A stretch of DNA of 64,000 nucleotides, from NCBI GenBank assembly GCA_965222375.1, contig CBDCTZ010000009.1, positions 288,001 through 352,000 of the forward strand. Direction: 5' to 3'. The translations under genes were made by a program, and so were the position numbers. The notes beneath the pieces were generated by a model. The model saw only the letters and a program-made list of their open reading frames with translations. It was not told where the DNA came from and did not search any database. This document shows, one piece after another, positions 59,584 to 64,000 of this stretch. Every line of letters begins with the position of its first letter. Position 1 is the first letter of the stretch. Origin of the DNA: Polyangiaceae bacterium (GTDB lineage Bacteria > Myxococcota_A > Polyangia > Polyangiales > Polyangiaceae).

Positions 59584-60576
59584 ATGCTGCGGCTCGTGGC
59601 TGAGGTGCTGATTGACGTCAACAAGTTGAGCAAGACCTTCCGAATTGGGCTCTCGCGCAAGCGCGTGGACGCGGTTCGCGAGGTCAGCTTCGACGTCCGC
59701 GCTGGGGACATTTTTGGTTTCTTGGGGCCAAACGGCGCCGGCAAGACCACCACGATCAAGATGCTGACGGGACTGATCGCGCCGAGCGGGGGCAGCGCCA
59801 AGTTGTTCGACCACGCGATTCCCTCACCCCAGGCGATGGCACGCATCGGGTTCCTGCCCGAGAACCCGTACGTCTACCCCTTTCTGACTCCGACGGAGTT
59901 CGTCGAGATGTGCGGGCGACTCTCAGGCGTCAGTGGCAAGGCAGTTCGCGACCGAACGCGAAGCGTGCTTTCCCTCGTGGGGATCCTGTACGCCGCGGAT
60001 CGGCCCGTGCGTAGGTTGAGCAAGGGCATGCTGCAGCGCACCGGATTGGCGGCCGCGTTGGTGGCAGATCCGGAACTGCTCATCTTGGATGAACCCATGA
60101 GTGGCCTCGACCCCGTCGGCCGAAAGGAAGTTCGGGACCTGATCTTGGACGAGCGCAAGAACGGGCGCACCATCTTCTTTTCGACGCATATCCTCGGAGA
60201 CGTCGAAATGCTCTGCGATCGCGTAACGATCCTTCGTCAGGGGGTCGTGGTCGTGAGCGGGCACCTGGGCGACCTGCTCAAACACGATGTCAAACGAACC
60301 GATGTCACGTTGGAACACGTGGAGCCGGAGTTCGAAGCCGACTGCAAAGCGCAGGGTTTCGGCCTCCGTCGGGCGGGAAAGCACGTGATCGTGGAAATCG
60401 AGGGCAAGGCGGAGGTTGGGCACTTGCTCGCGGGTGCGGTGAAACACGGCGCGGAAGTGGTCGAAGTCACGCCTCGCCACGAAACTCTCGAGGACCTTTT
60501 CGTTCGGGAGGCCATCGAGGCGCCGAAGCCAGAGGCGCCCGCCGCCGAAGACAAGGACGCCGAGCGCGCAACGTGA
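59584..60576 (+). CDS. ABC transporter ATP-binding protein (ABC-2/PilH-like)
   Basis: GPNGAGKTT, LSKGMLQR, LILDEPMSGLDP, STH. Start uncertain (59551-59596). Confidence 0.92.
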   Translation: MLRLVAEVLIDVNKLSKTFRIGLSRKRVDAVREVSFDVRAGDIFGFLGPNGAGKTTTIKMLTGLIAPSGGSAKLFDHAIPSPQAMARIGFLPENPYVYPFLTPTEFVEMCGRLSGVSGKAVRDRTRSVLSLVGILYAADRPVRRLSKGMLQRTGLAAALVADPELLILDEPMSGLDPVGRKEVRDLILDERKNGRTIFFSTHILGDVEMLCDRVTILRQGVVVVSGHLGDLLKHDVKRTDVTLEHVEPEFEADCKAQGFGLRRAGKHVIVEIEGKAEVGHLLAGAVKHGAEVVEVTPRHETLEDLFVREAIEAPKPEAPAAEDKDAERAT

Positions 60577-60597
60577 TTGCACGTGGCTATGGCCCAA

Positions 60598-60697
60598 GTT
60601 GACCCGCGCGGGAGGCAGGCACCCACTTCGCCCCTGGGCTCACCCCTTCGGGTGTCGCCCCTTCGGGCATCGCGAAGTGCGTCACAAGCGCGTCGAC
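60598..60697. repeat. Multi-hairpin palindromic intergenic element between convergent genes
   Basis: CACTTCGC (60624-60631) pairs with GCGAAGTG (60672-60679) and encloses CACCC-CTTC-GGGTG and GCCC-CTTC-GGGC hairpins. Confidence 0.6.
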
Positions 60698-60741
60698 CCC
60701 AAAACAACACCACGTCCACCATGAACGCGGCCGCCTAGGAC

Positions 60742-62325
60742 TCACTTGGCTCTGCGACGACGCACGACGGCCATCACCATTTCGAGATCCGCTTTGCCTA
60801 GTTCCCTACTCGCGAGCAGCACCGCCACGTAGACCAGCGCAACCGCGGCGGAGAGCACGAGGGTCATCAGCTTTCCGGCATCTGGGAACTGCCGCCCAAC
60901 CAGAACGGCTACGGCCAGCGCGACGCCGACGCGTAGCAGGGAGACGGGCGAGACCAGAGCGCCCGCGGTCTTTCGTACCAAGAGCGCGGCGATCAGGGTC
61001 GCTAGCACCAGGCCCGCAGTGGTCGCCATGGCCGTGTTGAGCAGCATCTCGGATCCGAAGGCTCCGCCCCGTACTCGGAGGAAACAAAGGACGACGACGA
61101 GGGCGAAGGCGACACCGGTGATGGTCGCGCTGGCGCGCTCACGCTCCAGGCTGTTGAGCACGGTGACCAAGATCCCGAAAATCGCGAAGGCGCCGAAACC
61201 AAGGGTCAAGATCTGCATCGACTGGGTGCCGAGCTCCGCGGCTTCTGCCGGGAAGATGAGTCGAATCAGCGGTCCCGACAGGCCACTGGTGACACTGACC
61301 ATGAGCCCTGCGAGCACCAAGGCCAAGCGAAGCCCGGTGCGCACGTAGCGGGCGACGGCCTCCTTGTCCGCATCGTGGTGGGCCTTGGCCAGCAGGGGAA
61401 AGAGAATGAACGTGACGCTGATCAGCATCTGATAGGGCAGGAAGCAGAACAGCTGGGTTGCGCGGTAGGCGCCCACCAAGGGATCCGCGGCCTCCAACGG
61501 CATGCCAGCGGCAGCCGCGCTCTCCGAGGCGAAGGTGCGGAGCAGGGTCAGATCTGCCTGCAGTAACAAGTTGAGCAGCACCTGTCCCAAGAGCAGTGGG
61601 CCGATGAACACCAGATGTGACGAAATGCTGGTGCCGCCCTTGCCCGCGCGGCCGAGGCCGACCCACAGCACCGCCGCGAGGAAGACGGCCCCCGCCGCGA
61701 ATACGAAGCCCGACGCCGAGCCTTCGACGCCTCGGCCCGCTGACGCCAGGGCGTAGCCACCGCCGATCAAACCGACGGTGCGCAGGGTGGCGGCCAAGAT
61801 GTCCAGGGAAGCTTGGCGCAGGAATAACTTCTGTCCGTTCAACACGCCGATGAGGGGTGAGTACACGGAGTAAAACAGCATCACGCCGGCGAGGATTCGC
61901 AGCGCCGGTATGATGTGCGGCGCGCCGGTTGCCTGACCGATCGGGGCCGAGAGCAAGAAGAAGCCCAGGCCCACCACCAATGCCACCAGCCCGTGCACAC
62001 CCATCAAGCGACGCACCACTGCAGGGCGCTCGTCGTCGCTGCTCGCAGATATTGCGCGACTCATCCCCTGGATGCTGCTGGTGACGACGGGATTGTAGGC
62101 AATGCTCGCGATGCTCAATGCGCTGGACAGCGCGCCGTAGCCGGCGAGCCCCAACACGCGGGGTAGAGCGATCTGCTGAATCAACCCCAGCAGGATGAAG
62201 TAGATCTTCGCAAACGTAATCGCGAGCCCGCCTCGGCCGGCTTTGCGCGCAACGTCTGCGTCGCCCGCGCCGCTTGCGCTCGCGTCTGCGGGCTCTACGT
62301 TACGGGAGTCGGCTTCGGCACTCAC
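60742..62325 (-). CDS. MOP-superfamily flippase (MurJ/SpoVB/Wzx-like)
   Basis: About 14 TM helices; LPRVLGLAGYG, VGAYRATQ, ILFPLLAKA. Confidence 0.82.
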   Translation of the reverse strand: MSAEADSRNVEPADASASGAGDADVARKAGRGGLAITFAKIYFILLGLIQQIALPRVLGLAGYGALSSALSIASIAYNPVVTSSIQGMSRAISASSDDERPAVVRRLMGVHGLVALVVGLGFFLLSAPIGQATGAPHIIPALRILAGVMLFYSVYSPLIGVLNGQKLFLRQASLDILAATLRTVGLIGGGYALASAGRGVEGSASGFVFAAGAVFLAAVLWVGLGRAGKGGTSISSHLVFIGPLLLGQVLLNLLLQADLTLLRTFASESAAAAGMPLEAADPLVGAYRATQLFCFLPYQMLISVTFILFPLLAKAHHDADKEAVARYVRTGLRLALVLAGLMVSVTSGLSGPLIRLIFPAEAAELGTQSMQILTLGFGAFAIFGILVTVLNSLERERASATITGVAFALVVVLCFLRVRGGAFGSEMLLNTAMATTAGLVLATLIAALLVRKTAGALVSPVSLLRVGVALAVAVLVGRQFPDAGKLMTLVLSAAVALVYVAVLLASRELGKADLEMVMAVVRRRRAK

Positions 62326-62416
62326 GACGGCGCGCTATCGCACCTCTTGAGACGCGGCGTCAACCGCACCCGCCAGCCACGCAGCGCATTTCAGGATTTC
62401 AACCACGAGGTAAGCC

Positions 62417-62815
62417 ATGAAAGAAGGACGCTACGGATACGAGACCAAGGTGGCAAAGGGCTTCGACGAAGCGGTCGCCTGGGTCACCGAGGAACTACAA
62501 AAGGAGGGCTTCGGGGTGCTGACGACCATCGACGTGAAGGCCACCTTGAAGAAGAAGCTCGACGCCGACTTCCGGCCCTACACCATTCTCGGGGCCTGCA
62601 ATCCGAAACTGGCGCACCAGGCGCTGAGCAAGGACGCCCAGATGGGCCTGATGCTGCCCTGCAACGTCGTCGTGCAAGAAGCCGAGGGCGGAGGAGTCGA
62701 AGTCAGCGTGATCAACCCCAACGCCATGTTCGGGGTCATGGGCGATGACAGCCTCAAAGACGTGGCCAAAGAGGCCGACGAGCGGTTGCGGCGGGTCGTA
62801 AACGCTCTGTCCTGA
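62417..62815 (+). CDS. DUF302 domain protein
   Basis: EGFGVLTTIDVKATLKKKL, YTILGACNP, GLMLPCNVVV; GAGG RBS. Confidence 0.92.
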   Translation: MKEGRYGYETKVAKGFDEAVAWVTEELQKEGFGVLTTIDVKATLKKKLDADFRPYTILGACNPKLAHQALSKDAQMGLMLPCNVVVQEAEGGGVEVSVINPNAMFGVMGDDSLKDVAKEADERLRRVVNALS

Positions 62816-62951
62816 CGATTGTCCCTAAAGGGTTTCGTGGATCGGCCGATCTAGATCCACGTGTCGGCGGGCCTCACGTCTGGGGAGCCGAGCAGAAAGG
62901 AAGCCGCCAGCTGTGGCTTTCGAAGTGCTCGTGTGTCCCTGGAGGTGCAAA

Positions 62952-63734
62952 ATGCTGCCGTCTCGTTGTTTGGTTCCGATGTTCTTGCTCGCCTTCGGCG
63001 CCGGTTGTGCTGCGGCCCCACCTCAGGCCCACAGCCTCGCTTCCAAGCCGGCGTCATCCGCGAAGGCGGCCCCGGCTTCGAGCGTTGTTGCCAAGGCCGT
63101 CGAGCAAAGAGCGGTCGCTGAATCCGAAGCCTCGGCGGATGCGCCTGAGCCTTCACAGAAGATCGCTCTGGATCTGCCGAGACAATGCGCCGCAGGGCCG
63201 GCCCGCTGCGTTCCGCCGGCCAAGTTCGTGCGCGCGCTCTGCCAGCGCACGGCGCCCGAGGTCGCCTTGGCCATGTTCAAGAAGGGCACGCCGTGGACGC
63301 GCGCCTACATGCGCCTAGATCGCGAGTTGTGGTTTGCCGGCAAGAAGCTCTCCAGCCCAGTGCTGGCGCCGCGAGGCGAGGAGTTGCTCATCCTGCGGGA
63401 GCATGGTGGCTCCGGGGTGGTGGTTGGCGGCGGTAGCTACGATGCGCTGCGCTGGAACGGCACCTGCGTCTCCGTGGTGGCTGACGAGGTGACGCTTCAG
63501 TCCCCAAGCGCCGTCGAAGTGGCAACGATCAAGTGGAAGTATTTGCCCGACGCCACCCAGGACTCACTGCTGGAAAACACCGTGATCATGAGCTCGTACC
63601 GGGCGCGGATGAAGAAGTGTCGAGCCAGCGGTGGCGACGCCTGCGATCGTGCAGAACGTGATCTGAGCCAGCACATCGCCGCTCACGTGCGCGACGGTGG
63701 CCCCGTCGCGGAGCCGAGCTTGCTCGACTGGTAG
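62952..63734 (+). CDS. Hypothetical lipoprotein
   Basis: GGAGG RBS at 62941, ATG 62952, lipobox-like FGAGC, several Cys pairs. Confidence 0.65.
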   Translation: MLPSRCLVPMFLLAFGAGCAAAPPQAHSLASKPASSAKAAPASSVVAKAVEQRAVAESEASADAPEPSQKIALDLPRQCAAGPARCVPPAKFVRALCQRTAPEVALAMFKKGTPWTRAYMRLDRELWFAGKKLSSPVLAPRGEELLILREHGGSGVVVGGGSYDALRWNGTCVSVVADEVTLQSPSAVEVATIKWKYLPDATQDSLLENTVIMSSYRARMKKCRASGGDACDRAERDLSQHIAAHVRDGGPVAEPSLLDW

Positions 63735-63783
63735 ATCGCGGCGTCGAACTCAAGCTCGCGGGCCGGTTGCCGTTTGTTCGAGC

Positions 63784-64000
63784 ATGAGCTCCGCGCCCAT
63801 TGGTGAGAGGTTGTTTGAGGCTGGGCTGATCGCGAAGGCCGATCTGTTGGCGGCGTTGGCGCTTCAACGTCAGCTCCGCCGTCGAAAACTCGGCGCAGTC
63901 CTGGTGGAGTGCGGTCTTGTCAGTGAGGAGGCAGTCGAAGAGGCTGCGCAGCGGAAGGGCGGATCATCCTTGGGCGACTGGCTGGTGGAACAGGGGCAGC
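63784..64000 (+). CDS. 5' fragment of an MshEN/GSPII_N repeat protein (c-di-GMP-binding motif type); partial at the window edge
   Basis: Translates as MSSAPIGERLFEAGLIAKADLLAALALQRQLRRRKLGAVLVECGLVSEEAVEEAAQRKGGSSLGDWLVEQGQ, matching tandem (R/K)LGxxLxxxGLI/V...Q. Not in the ORF track. Confidence 0.75.
   Translation, partial: MSSAPIGERLFEAGLIAKADLLAALALQRQLRRRKLGAVLVECGLVSEEAVEEAAQRKGGSSLGDWLVEQGQ

Noticed and set aside
60598..60697. Possible tRNA or CRISPR repeat
   Set aside because: No GTTCRA T-loop, anticodon arm or CCA end; no regularly spaced direct repeats with spacers; no cas genes.

Overview
High-GC, gene-dense chromosomal window with about 49 CDS. The gene content points to a myxobacterium, probably Polyangia/Sorangiineae (inference from eukaryote-like Ser/Thr kinases, FHA and VIT/VWA proteins, and Gly/Cys-rich lipoproteins). 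I saw no rRNA, tRNA, CRISPR array or transposase. Housekeeping content includes peptide ABC permeases, a 2-oxoacid dehydrogenase E1-alpha plus lpdA, bcp, pspA, clsB, pyk, a serA-like dehydrogenase and the rimP-nusA-ylxR/L7Ae-infB-ylxP-rbfA operon, which has a sigma70-like promoter and a leader terminator. The most striking element is a four-gene, translationally coupled operon at 31910-40375. It encodes (i) an intact membrane-anchored Ser/Thr kinase with almost no ectodomain, (ii) a pseudokinase-TM-pentaheme cytochrome c fusion, (iii) a 2x cNMP-binding + 4x[4Fe-4S] + membrane domain protein with two H-X13-H (di-heme b type) helices, and (iv) a tetraheme cytochrome c-TM-ferredoxin-circularly permuted TrxR-like flavoprotein. 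Together these look like a transmembrane NAD(P)H-to-periplasm electron wire tied to both cyclic-nucleotide and phosphorylation signalling (inference). Two VWA genes follow it. Other oddities are an orphan SctU/FlhB export-switch gene, a pseudo-cyclase/pseudo-ATPase/TPR gene behind pspA, a diiron-protein/methyltransferase pair and a cloverleaf-like intergenic palindrome. Domain calls come from motif recognition by eye. Several start codons were moved downstream of the ORF-track starts by judgement.
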